From Candidatus Krumholzibacteriia bacterium (GTDB lineage Bacteria; Krumholzibacteriota; Krumholzibacteriia; LZORAL124-64-63), in contig JAWOID010000104.1 of the NCBI GenBank assembly GCA_046484865.1, positions 1-64,000 on the forward strand: 64,000 nt of DNA. The letters are read 5' to 3'. Positions 1 through 9,033 of this stretch are shown piece by piece; within the stretch, counting starts at the first letter, position 1; each line of letters starts with the position of its first letter. The translations under genes were made by a program, and so were the position numbers. Below the pieces are notes generated by a model. The model did no database searches. It worked only from the letters and a program-made list of their open reading frames with translations, and was not told where the DNA came from.

Positions 1-157
1 TATCCGACGTGCTGCGGTCCCCGCACCCGATCGCGGCCACGCGGACGGTGTCCGAACCCGCGTCGAACACCCGGGGCGCGGCAAGCGCAGTGCCGGCGGG
101 CGCGGTGTGGTGGATGAGGCCCCTGCGAGAAAGGTCGTCCTGCTGCTTCGCCTGCAT
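1..157 (-). CDS. Gfo/Idh/MocA-family oxidoreductase, N-terminal part (runs off the window), with Tat-like signal
   Basis: Not in the ORF track. Manual translation from ATG at 157 (GGAGG upstream) gives MQAKQQDDLSRRGLIHHT...AGSDTVRVAAIGCGDR: twin-arginine-like SRRGLI followed by a Rossmann start typical of this family. Confidence 0.55.
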   Translation of the reverse strand, partial: MQAKQQDDLSRRGLIHHTAPAGTALAAPRVFDAGSDTVRVAAIGCGDRSTSD

Positions 158-438
158 GTCCCTGCCCTCCGCTGGTGAAAGCGCGCCGCGCGACCATGCC
201 CGGCTCGCGTTGGGCAGGTTTACAAAAAAGTCCTCCCTCGGCAAGACCGGGCTTCGCGCCGGGAGGGCGTTTAAGCGGCGGGGCGGGGTCGCGGGCCGCG
301 TATCACCCGCGAAAGAAGGCCGAGCGCAGCCGGTCGCGCAACAGGCTGCCGCGAACCCGGGTGATAGCATCGCGGCCCTGTGAGCGGAATGGGGCTGTCC
401 CGCGCCGGGAGCGCCTCGGCCGGCGTCAGGAGGCCCGC

Positions 439-2694
439 ATGATCGGCCGGACCATCTCCCACTACCGCATCGTCGCGAAGCTCGGTGCGGGCGGCATGGG
501 CGTCGTCTACCGGGCCGAGGACACGCGCCTGCGGCGGCCGGTGGCGCTGAAGTTCCTGCAGCCCTCGCTGGCGGATGAGGCTTTCCGGAAGCGCTTCGTC
601 CGGGAAGCGCAGGCCGCCTCCGCCATCGAGCACCCCAACATCTGCGCCGTCCACGAGATCGGCGAGGCGCCCGACGGCGGCCTCTTCATCGTGATGCCCT
701 GCTACGAGGGGCAGACGCTGGAAGCGCGGCTGGGGCAGGGCGCCCTGGACATCCCCGAGGCGCTGGAGATCGCGATCCAGGCCGGCACCGGCCTCGCCCG
801 GGCCCACGAGAGCGGCGTCGTGCATCGCGACCTCAAGCCGGCGAACCTGTTCCTGACGGCCGACGGTGTGGTCAAGATCCTCGACTTCGGGCTGGCGCGG
901 CTCGAGGATCGTACGCAGATGACACGGACCGGCACGGTCGCCGGCACGGCTGCCTACATGGCTCCGGAGCAGTACCGGGGCGCCGCCGTCGACGCCGGCG
1001 CCGACATCTGGGCCCTCGGCGTGGTCCTGTACGAGATGGTGACCGGCGCCCCGGCCTTCCGCGGCGAACATGCACAGGCGCTGATGTACGCGGTCCTGAA
1101 CGACGACCCGCCGCCGATGCTCGCCCGGTGCCCGGAAGCGCCGGTCCAGCTGCAGGCCCTGCTGGCCCGGGCCATGGCCAAAGCCCCTTCCGACCGCCCC
1201 CGGAGCGCGGCGGAAGTGGTGGCGCAATTGCAGGAGGTGCTGGCTTCCCTGCGACGCCGGGCGGCAGCCGGAGCCGAGGGCGGCAGCGAGACGGCCGAAG
1301 CGGCCTCCATCGCCGTCCTGCCGTTTGTCAACATGAGCCCGGATCCAGACAACCAGTACTTCGGCGACGGTCTCGCCGAGGAACTCCTCAACGCCCTGGC
1401 CCAGATCCCCGGTCTGCGGGTGGCGGCGCGAACTTCCGCCTTCCGCTTCCGCGACGCCGAGACCGACATCCGCGAGATCGGACGGCAACTGAACGTGGGC
1501 GCCGTGCTGGAAGGGAGCGTGCGGCGTGCCGGCGACCGCCTCCGGGTCATGGCCCAGCTCATCGCGGTGAAGGACGGCTACCATCTCTGGTCCGAACGCT
1601 TTGATCGCAAGCTGGACGACATCTTCGCCGTGCAGGACGAGATCGCGCACGCGATCGTCCGGAAGCTGGAGGTTGAGCTGACCGGCCCGCGCGACCAGGT
1701 GCTCGTGGCCCGGGCGACCGAGAACCTGGACGCCTACAACGCCTTCCTCGAGGCTCGATTCCATCTCTACAAGCTCACCCCGGAGGGCTGGGCCAGGAGC
1801 CTGGAGCTGTTCCACGAGGCCATCCGCCTCGACCCGGCCTACGCAGCCCCTCACGGGATGCTCGCGATGCTGTACGGAAGCCAGGCGTGGTGGGGAGGGG
1901 CGGCGCCGACGGAAGCGATGGCCGCTGCTCGCAGCGCGGCCGAGCGGGCTCTGGCCCTCGACCCCGATTGCACGAGCGCCCTCGCCGCCCTCGGCATCTG
2001 CGTCTGGACCTTCGACCGGGATCCCCTCGCGGCCGAGCGGATCATGCGCCGGGCTCTCATCCTGGAACCGGGCTCGGCCCAGACGCTCGTGAACCTCGCG
2101 ATGCTGCTGAACGGAGAGGGACGTTACCGGGAGGCCGCCGTCACGGCGCGTCTGGCGCTCAAGGCCGATCCGCTCTCGAGCCTGACCATCGCCTGGACGG
2201 GTGCGGCCCTATCCGCGGCGGGCGAATCGGCAGAGTCCTTCGCGACCTTCCGGCGAGGTATCGAACTGGATCCGCAGCACTGGCAGATCCGCCTCCATCT
2301 GGGAGTCGCCTGCTTGCGCTACGAGCGGGACGAGGAGGCGCTGGCGACCCTGGAGCGCGCCCGCGATCTGTCGGGCGGAGCCTCGGTGGTGCTCGCGACC
2401 CTGGCGATGTGCCTCCACCTGCTCGGTCGCACGGATGAGGCGGACGGGCTGACGGAGCGCCTGCACCGGAATCGCGAGCACGAGTACGTCCCGCCCTCCT
2501 TCTTCGCCTGGATCGCCGTGGCGCGGGGAGAGCCGGACGCCGCTCTGCCTCACCTGGAGCAAGCGCTCCGCGAGCGAGACATCTGGATCGTGACGAACCC
2601 ATGGTTCGGCGACCGGATCAGTCTGCGGGGGCCGGAGGTGGACAGGTTGCTGGCAGCGGCGGGCCTGGGGCCGACCGGAGCCGGCGGGAGCTAG
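439..2694 (+). CDS. Hanks-type Ser/Thr protein kinase with TolB-like (SIAVLPF) domain and TPR repeats
   Basis: AGGAGG RBS before ATG 439. Kinase motifs LGAGGMGVVY, VALK, HRDLKPAN, DFG and APE are followed by SIAVLPFVNMS and TPR-like helices. Confidence 0.92.
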   Translation: MIGRTISHYRIVAKLGAGGMGVVYRAEDTRLRRPVALKFLQPSLADEAFRKRFVREAQAASAIEHPNICAVHEIGEAPDGGLFIVMPCYEGQTLEARLGQGALDIPEALEIAIQAGTGLARAHESGVVHRDLKPANLFLTADGVVKILDFGLARLEDRTQMTRTGTVAGTAAYMAPEQYRGAAVDAGADIWALGVVLYEMVTGAPAFRGEHAQALMYAVLNDDPPPMLARCPEAPVQLQALLARAMAKAPSDRPRSAAEVVAQLQEVLASLRRRAAAGAEGGSETAEAASIAVLPFVNMSPDPDNQYFGDGLAEELLNALAQIPGLRVAARTSAFRFRDAETDIREIGRQLNVGAVLEGSVRRAGDRLRVMAQLIAVKDGYHLWSERFDRKLDDIFAVQDEIAHAIVRKLEVELTGPRDQVLVARATENLDAYNAFLEARFHLYKLTPEGWARSLELFHEAIRLDPAYAAPHGMLAMLYGSQAWWGGAAPTEAMAAARSAAERALALDPDCTSALAALGICVWTFDRDPLAAERIMRRALILEPGSAQTLVNLAMLLNGEGRYREAAVTARLALKADPLSSLTIAWTGAALSAAGESAESFATFRRGIELDPQHWQIRLHLGVACLRYERDEEALATLERARDLSGGASVVLATLAMCLHLLGRTDEADGLTERLHRNREHEYVPPSFFAWIAVARGEPDAALPHLEQALRERDIWIVTNPWFGDRISLRGPEVDRLLAAAGLGPTGAGGS

Positions 2695-2948
2695 GCCGCG
2701 GCGTGCGGACGCAGCACTGGGGCCGCCTGCGTCGCGAATGTCCGCGAGAACACTCACTAAGGTTTCTCCCGATTCCCTTCACACCCCTCTCGTGGAATCG
2801 TCCATGGCTTCGAGCCGCTGCGCGGGCATCCTCGTGTTCGGCTGACCCGAGCGCAGTTCTAGCACGCATTCCTGGTTTGCCAGTGGGCACGGGATCGTCG
2901 GTCGGCGACATGCGCCGGCACGCGAGACCTGGCCGGTGGAGTTGTCGC

Positions 2949-5423
2949 ATGATCGACGAACCGGAGGGTCGGAGCGGTGAACAGGAGGTGTCGGATTTCC
3001 GCCAGACCGCCTCCGCGGCCACACCGGACCATGGGCTTTTGGTGGAGGCCGTGCTCGCGTGCTTGCCCGTCGGGGTGGCCATCGTCGACGAACGCGGCGG
3101 AATCGTGCAGACCAACGCGTTCTACCGCCAGATCTGGCGCGGAGTCCGGCCGGCGTCGGCGATCTCGGACTACGTCCAGTATCGCGGCTGGTGGGTGGAT
3201 ACGGGCCGGCTGGTCGCACCGGAGGAATGGGCCGTATCGCGAGCGGTGGACCACGGCGAGACGGTCACCGGCCAGATCATGGAGATCGAACGGTTCGACG
3301 GCACGAGGGCTCTCGTCCACAACAGCGCCGTCCCGATTCACGATGCGGGCGGGACGATCATCGGCGCCGCCATCGCCATCCAGGACGTCACCGCGCTCCA
3401 CGAGAGCCAGGCGGCTCTCCGGCGCACCCAGGCGCTGCTGGAAGACGCGCAGCGCATCGCCGGGGTCGGCAGCTGGGACTGGGACATCCGCTCGGACCGG
3501 CTGACCTGGTCGGAGCAGACCTACCGGATGTTCGGACAGGTGCCCGGGCAGTTCGTGCCGCAGATCGATTCGCTCCTGGCCTGCGTCCATCGAGAGGACC
3601 GCCGGCGCGTCGAGCAGGCGATCGAATCGGCGCTGAGCGACGACGATCCGTACGATCTCGACTACCGGATCGTTCTGCCGGATTCCTCGAGCCGCCGGGT
3701 CTACGCCCGCGGCGAGGTCGACCGCGACCCGTCGGGCCGGCCGGTCCGCATGACGGGCACCGTCCTGGACATCACCGAGCACAAGCAGGCGGAAGACGCG
3801 CTGCGCGCCAGCGAGGCGCGGTTCCGCTCGGTGCTGGATAGCTGCCGCGACGTGATCTACCGGTTGAACCTGCAGACCGGCCGCTACGAGTACGTCAGCC
3901 CGTCCGCAGAGGCGGTGGTAGGATTCTCGCCGGAAGAGCTGCTCGCCCGGGACGCAGACGCAGCGTTCGAGATGATCCATCCCGACGACCGGGCGGCGGT
4001 GCGGGCGGTCGTCGCGCGCCTGGAGGAGACCGGACACGCGGAAACGGAGTACCGCCAGCGGGGGACGAGTGGCGACGACCGGTGGCTGTCCAACCGGATG
4101 ACCCTGATCGTGGACGGCCACGGGCGGCCGCTCTACCGGGATGGCAACATCCGCGACATCACCGAGCGTAAGGCGGCCGAAAAGGCGCTGCGTAAGGCCA
4201 ACGAACAGCTGGAGCGGAGAGTCCGCGAGCGGACGGCGGAACTGGACCGGCGCGCGGCCCAGCTCCGGGCCCTCAGCGCCGAACTCACCCTGTCCGAGCA
4301 GCGCGAGCGCCGGCGCATGGCCAGGTTGCTGCACGACCACCTCCAGCAACTGCTCGTCGGGGCGAAGTTCCGCACGACGATCCTCGGCCGCCACGAGGAT
4401 CCGGTGGTGAAGCAGGCCACGCGGGAACTCGAGTCGCTCGTCGACGAAGCGATCCAGGCCTCGCGGGATCTGACCACGGAGTTGAGCCCGCCGATCCTGC
4501 ACGAGGCGGGGCTGAGCGCGGGCCTGGAGTGGCTCGCGAGCTGGATGGCCGACAAGCATGGACTGTTCGTCGATCTGGGGATCGAAGCGGAGCCGGTTCA
4601 GCTGTCCGAACCGGTGAGGATCCTGCTGTTCGAATCGGTCCGGGAACTGCTGTTCAATGCCGTCAAGCACTCGCGTGCGCGCTCGGCCACCGTCAACCTG
4701 CGCCGCCTGAGCCGCCAGCTGCAGGTGGTCGTCTCGGATCAGGGCAAGGGGTTCGACCCGGCGGCGGTCCGGCCCGGCGCCGAGGGAGGCGGCTTCGGCC
4801 TGTTCAGCATTCGCGAACGGCTGGATCTGGTCGGGGGCACCTTCGAGATGCACAGCGTGCCGGGAGCCGGCAGCCGATTCGTGTTGACGGCTCCGCTCGA
4901 GGAATCCGAGCGGGAACCGGTGGCCGTGTCCCGTCCGTTCAGGATCGCCTTCGCCGACAAGACGACGAGCGTGGGCCCCCGTTCCAGCGCGCGGATCGGC
5001 GTCTTGCTGGCCGACGATCACGAGGTGATGCGCGAGGGGCTCGCCCGGTTGCTGGCCGAGGAGCCGGACATCGACGTCGTCGGCGAGGCGGCCGACGGGC
5101 AGCAGGCGGTGGCGCTCGCCGGCGAGCTGGTGCCCGACGTGATCCTGATGGACATGAGCATGCCGAAGCTCAACGGCATCGAGGCCACGCGAGCCATTCA
5201 CCGAAACCATCCCGGCATTCGCATCATCGGCCTCTCCATGTTCGAGGAGGCCGAACGAGCCCGGGCCCTGTACGAGGCCGGCGGAGTGAGCTACGTGACC
5301 AAGAGCGGCGCCTCCAGCGAATTGATCGCCGCCATCCGCGCGAGCGTGAATGGAACCGGCACGAACGGTCCGCCGCCATCGCCCCGTACGCGCCTGAGCC
5401 GGGGGGCGGAGGGGGCCTCGTGA
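2949..5423 (+). CDS. Soluble hybrid sensor histidine kinase (3 PAS/PAC, HisKA_3, HATPase, C-terminal receiver)
   Basis: PAS/PAC repeats end in QDVT, LDIT and RDIT. H-box LHDHLQQLL; ATPase motifs ELLFNAVKH, SDQGKGFD, GFGL; receiver VLLADDH...LMDMSMP...YVTK. No obvious TM helix. Confidence 0.9.
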   Translation: MIDEPEGRSGEQEVSDFRQTASAATPDHGLLVEAVLACLPVGVAIVDERGGIVQTNAFYRQIWRGVRPASAISDYVQYRGWWVDTGRLVAPEEWAVSRAVDHGETVTGQIMEIERFDGTRALVHNSAVPIHDAGGTIIGAAIAIQDVTALHESQAALRRTQALLEDAQRIAGVGSWDWDIRSDRLTWSEQTYRMFGQVPGQFVPQIDSLLACVHREDRRRVEQAIESALSDDDPYDLDYRIVLPDSSSRRVYARGEVDRDPSGRPVRMTGTVLDITEHKQAEDALRASEARFRSVLDSCRDVIYRLNLQTGRYEYVSPSAEAVVGFSPEELLARDADAAFEMIHPDDRAAVRAVVARLEETGHAETEYRQRGTSGDDRWLSNRMTLIVDGHGRPLYRDGNIRDITERKAAEKALRKANEQLERRVRERTAELDRRAAQLRALSAELTLSEQRERRRMARLLHDHLQQLLVGAKFRTTILGRHEDPVVKQATRELESLVDEAIQASRDLTTELSPPILHEAGLSAGLEWLASWMADKHGLFVDLGIEAEPVQLSEPVRILLFESVRELLFNAVKHSRARSATVNLRRLSRQLQVVVSDQGKGFDPAAVRPGAEGGGFGLFSIRERLDLVGGTFEMHSVPGAGSRFVLTAPLEESEREPVAVSRPFRIAFADKTTSVGPRSSARIGVLLADDHEVMREGLARLLAEEPDIDVVGEAADGQQAVALAGELVPDVILMDMSMPKLNGIEATRAIHRNHPGIRIIGLSMFEEAERARALYEAGGVSYVTKSGASSELIAAIRASVNGTGTNGPPPSPRTRLSRGAEGAS

Positions 5424-8400
5424 GCAACCGCGCGGGCGGCTGGCGCCGTGCCATCTGCGGCATCTGCCCGGCGGGGTGCTGGGTGGAGGTGCGCACGGAA
5501 GGCGGTCGGCTGGTCGAGATGCGCGCCGAGGAGGGCCATCCGCTCGGCATGATCTGCCACCGGGGCCGGCACGCACCCGTGATCGTGCACGGCGACCACC
5601 GGCTGACCACACCGCTGGGCCGCATCGCGCCGAAACCCGATCCGCGCGCCCGCCCGGCGCCGCTGCCGAGCCGGGACGATTTCACACCCATCACCTGGGA
5701 CGAGGCTTACGACCGCATCGCCGACGCGCTCGAGCGGATCAAGCGCGAAAGCGGTCCCGAGGCCACCGCGATCTATACTGGCCGCGGCGCTTTCGAGCTA
5801 TCGCTCTGCGATCTCTTCCAGCCCGCAGGCGTGGCGGTCAGTTCAGCCAGCAGCGTGCTGTTCCCGTTCGGTTCGCCCAACACCATGGGCGTGGGGGCTC
5901 TCTGCTACGTGAGCTTCGCGATGATCGCGCCGCACGTGACCATGGGTCGCATGCTGGTCGACATGTTCACCGACATCGAGAACGCCGACCTGCTGGTGGT
6001 CTGGGGCGCGAACCCCGCCACCGACAGCCCGCCCCTGGACATGCACCGACTGGAGGCGGCGGTACGGCGCGGCGCCGAGGTGGTGGTCATCGACCCGCGC
6101 CGCACCGAGACGGTGCTGCGCACCGGCGCCGAGTGGCTGCCCATCCGCCCCGGCACCGATGGCGCACTGGCCCTGGGGCTCCTGCGCCAGCTCGTCGAGG
6201 ACGATCTCCACGACGAGGACTTCGCCCGGCGGTGGTGCCACGGCTTCGACGAACTGGAGCGGTACGCGCAGCACTTCCCGCCCGCGGTGGTCGAGGAGAT
6301 CACGGGCGTGCCGGCCGGCGCGATGATCCGGCTCGCGCGGCGCATCGGCCGGGCGCGGGGCGCGTGCCCGGTGATGTACACCGGTCTCGAGTACAGCGAC
6401 AGCGGCGTGCAGGCCATCCGCGCCGTGCTGACGCTATTCGCACTGGCGGGACATCTCGACGCGCCCGGCGGCATCGGCCTGGCCATGCCCGGTAGCCACT
6501 TTCCGCTGAATCGCGGCCCGCATCAGGCCAACCCGGACCTCGACCGGGCCGTGGCCCGCGACCGCTTCCCGCTCTACAGCCGCTACCGCGGCGAGGGGCA
6601 CGCCAGCGGCCTGGTGACCAGCGTGCTCGAGGGCGAGCCATACCGCATCCGCGGCCTGCTGGTTCACGGCGCCAGCCTGCTGACGAGCTGGCCTCAGACC
6701 GACCTGTGGCGACGCACCCTGTCGGAACTCGACTTCCTGGTCTGCATCGACCGCCAGCTCACCGCCGACGCGGCCTGGGCCGACGTGGTGCTGCCCGCGA
6801 CCACCATGTTCGAGATCGATTCGTACATGACGTACGGACCCATCTTCCGGCTGCGCGAGCGCGTCATCGAACCGGTGGGCGAGGCGCGCGACGACTACCT
6901 GATCATGACCGGTCTCGCCGATCGGCTCGGTTACGGCCACCTGTGGCCGCGGACCGCCGAGGAGAAGCTGCGTCTGGTTCTCGACGGCAGCGGCTTCACG
7001 CTCGAGGACGTGCGCGCGGCCGGCGGTCAGGTGCAGGTGCGCTCACCGGTGATGGAGTACCGCAAGTGGGAGAAGGGCCGGCTGCGCCCCGACGGCGAAC
7101 CGGGCTTCGCCACCCCGACCGGCAAGTTCGAGATCTGGTCGACGGTGCTGGAGGAGGACGGCCACGATCCGCTGCCGCGCTACACCGAGCCCGGCGAGGG
7201 GCCGCTGGCGGCGCCATGGCTGGCGGCCGACTACCCGCTGGTCTTCAACAGCGGCGCGCGGCCGCAGACCGACTTCCGCAGCCAGCATCACGGCATCGCC
7301 GGTCTGCTGCGCGACAACCCCGAGCCCACGGTCGACCTGCACCCCGACGACGCGGCCGCCCGGGGCATTGCGACCGGCGACGCCGTGGAGGTGCGCACCC
7401 CGCGCGGCGCGGTGGCGTTCCGCGCACGGGTGACGACCGACATCGCGCCCGGTTGCGTGGAGTGCGCCGCCGGCGGCGGCGGGCCGGTGGGGCCGGAAGC
7501 CTGGCGGCGCGCGAACGTGAACGAGTTGACCGACCTGGCGCGACTCGACCCGGTGAGCGGATTCCCCGTCTACAAGGCCCTCCTGTGCGAGGTGGTCCGG
7601 ATGTCCGTCGCCACCGAGACTTCGCGCGCGGCGGCAGGACGGCGCATCGGCATGGACGGCGAGCCGCTGCCCCAGGCCGACCTGGCGCCCATGTCCCCAG
7701 GAGGTGGCAGCGCGTGCGGTGCCGCCGCCGCTGCGGTCGCCGGCGTCGCCGGTGCCGGCAGAGCTCGCGCTGCCACCGCTGCGGGCGCCGCCGTGGCCGG
7801 CACCGCGGGGGGCGCCACCGCCGCCCCTGCGCCGCGCATCTATCTCGACAGCAACGCCACCACCCGGGTGGCCGCGGCCGTACGCGAGGCCATGGCGCCC
7901 TTCCTCGACGGGGCGTTCGGCAACCCCTCGGCGCTGCACGGGGCGGGCCGCGAGGCCGCCGAGGCTCTCGATGCCGCGCGCCGCAACGTGGCTCGGCTCG
8001 TCGGCGCGCGTCCACGCCGCATCGTCTTCACCGGTGGCGGCAGCGAGGCCGACAACCTGGCGGTGAAGGGGGTGGCGTTCGCCGGCGGACGCCGCGGCGG
8101 CCACGTGATCACCAGCGCCGTCGAACATCCGGCGCTCCTGGAGAGCTGCCGCTTCCTCGAACGCCTCGGCTACCGCGTCACCTGCCTGGTGGTGGATGCC
8201 GACGGCCGCGTCCGTCCCGGGGATCTCGAGGCCGCGCTGGACGACGACACCTTTCTCGTGTCGATCATGGCCGCCAACAACGAGACGGGCACCGTGCAGC
8301 CGGTGGCGGAACTGGCGGGCCTGGCGCACGCCGCCGGGGCGCTCTTCCACACCGACGCGGTGCAGGCTGCGGGCAAGATCCCCGTGGACGTGGCGGCCTG

Positions 8401-8989
8401 GGACGTGGACCTGCTCAGCCTGTCGGCGCACAAGTTCCACGGCCCCAAGGGTGTGGGTGCGCTGTACGTGAAGGCCGGGGTGGAACTGGAGCCGCTGGTG
8501 CACGGCGGCCGGCAGGAGGGAGGTCTGCGCGCCGGCACCGAGAACGTGGCGGCCATCGCCGGCATGGGGCGCGCTGCCGAGCTGGCGCGAGCGGCGCTTT
8601 CGCGGCACGACCGGCTGGCCCATCTGCGCGACCGGCTGGAGGCCGGCATCCTCGCGCTGCTGCCGGAGGCCCGCCGCAACGGCTCGCGCGAGCACACGCT
8701 GCCCAACACGCTGAACCTCAGCCTGCCGGGAGTCCGCGGCGAGTCGCTGGTGATCGCGCTCGACCGCCGCGGCATCGCGCTGTCCAGCGGCTCGGCCTGC
8801 AAGGCCGGCTCGCCCGCGCCCACCCACGTGCTGCTGGCCATGGGACGCAGCGAGGAGGAGGCCCACTGCTCGGTGCGCTTCTCGCTGGACACCGGCACCA
8901 CCGCCGAGGACGTGGATCGGACGGTGGCGGTGCTCGGACAGGTGCTGCGGGAGATGGAAGAGACGGTCCGTTTCCTGCCCTGCAAGTAG
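5420..8989 (+). CDS. Mo/W-bisPGD oxidoreductase fused to IscS-like cysteine desulfurase; probable metallopterin-dependent ergothioneine synthase (MES)
   Basis: GTG start overlaps the kinase stop (GTGA). N-terminal CGICPAGC...C [4Fe-4S] motif and DMSO-reductase-family motifs (VWGANP, VIDPR, IRPGTD, ADVVLP). After an Ala/Gly linker come IYLDSNATT, SAHKFHGPKG, SSGSAC and a C-terminal PCK. Close to egtD. Confidence 0.85.
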   Translation: MSNRAGGWRRAICGICPAGCWVEVRTEGGRLVEMRAEEGHPLGMICHRGRHAPVIVHGDHRLTTPLGRIAPKPDPRARPAPLPSRDDFTPITWDEAYDRIADALERIKRESGPEATAIYTGRGAFELSLCDLFQPAGVAVSSASSVLFPFGSPNTMGVGALCYVSFAMIAPHVTMGRMLVDMFTDIENADLLVVWGANPATDSPPLDMHRLEAAVRRGAEVVVIDPRRTETVLRTGAEWLPIRPGTDGALALGLLRQLVEDDLHDEDFARRWCHGFDELERYAQHFPPAVVEEITGVPAGAMIRLARRIGRARGACPVMYTGLEYSDSGVQAIRAVLTLFALAGHLDAPGGIGLAMPGSHFPLNRGPHQANPDLDRAVARDRFPLYSRYRGEGHASGLVTSVLEGEPYRIRGLLVHGASLLTSWPQTDLWRRTLSELDFLVCIDRQLTADAAWADVVLPATTMFEIDSYMTYGPIFRLRERVIEPVGEARDDYLIMTGLADRLGYGHLWPRTAEEKLRLVLDGSGFTLEDVRAAGGQVQVRSPVMEYRKWEKGRLRPDGEPGFATPTGKFEIWSTVLEEDGHDPLPRYTEPGEGPLAAPWLAADYPLVFNSGARPQTDFRSQHHGIAGLLRDNPEPTVDLHPDDAAARGIATGDAVEVRTPRGAVAFRARVTTDIAPGCVECAAGGGGPVGPEAWRRANVNELTDLARLDPVSGFPVYKALLCEVVRMSVATETSRAAAGRRIGMDGEPLPQADLAPMSPGGGSACGAAAAAVAGVAGAGRARAATAAGAAVAGTAGGATAAPAPRIYLDSNATTRVAAAVREAMAPFLDGAFGNPSALHGAGREAAEALDAARRNVARLVGARPRRIVFTGGGSEADNLAVKGVAFAGGRRGGHVITSAVEHPALLESCRFLERLGYRVTCLVVDADGRVRPGDLEAALDDDTFLVSIMAANNETGTVQPVAELAGLAHAAGALFHTDAVQAAGKIPVDVAAWDVDLLSLSAHKFHGPKGVGALYVKAGVELEPLVHGGRQEGGLRAGTENVAAIAGMGRAAELARAALSRHDRLAHLRDRLEAGILALLPEARRNGSREHTLPNTLNLSLPGVRGESLVIALDRRGIALSSGSACKAGSPAPTHVLLAMGRSEEEAHCSVRFSLDTGTTAEDVDRTVAVLGQVLREMEETVRFLPCK

Positions 8990-9033
8990 GTCCGGAAGTG
9001 TGTCCGCCGGCCGGACTCAAAAGCCAACCAGGC

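Noticed and set aside
4529..5419. Long N-terminal extensions in the ORF track (MES from 4529, egtD from 13799, RND from 20520, TolC from 23638, kbl from 31550)
   Set aside because: They overlap upstream genes. Downstream starts with an RBS or stop-start overlap fit family lengths better.
5420..8989. Formate dehydrogenase/nitrate reductase accidentally fused to iscS
   Set aside because: One continuous frame with a linker, no Tat signal, no partner subunits or isc genes, and a match to the MES architecture near egtD.
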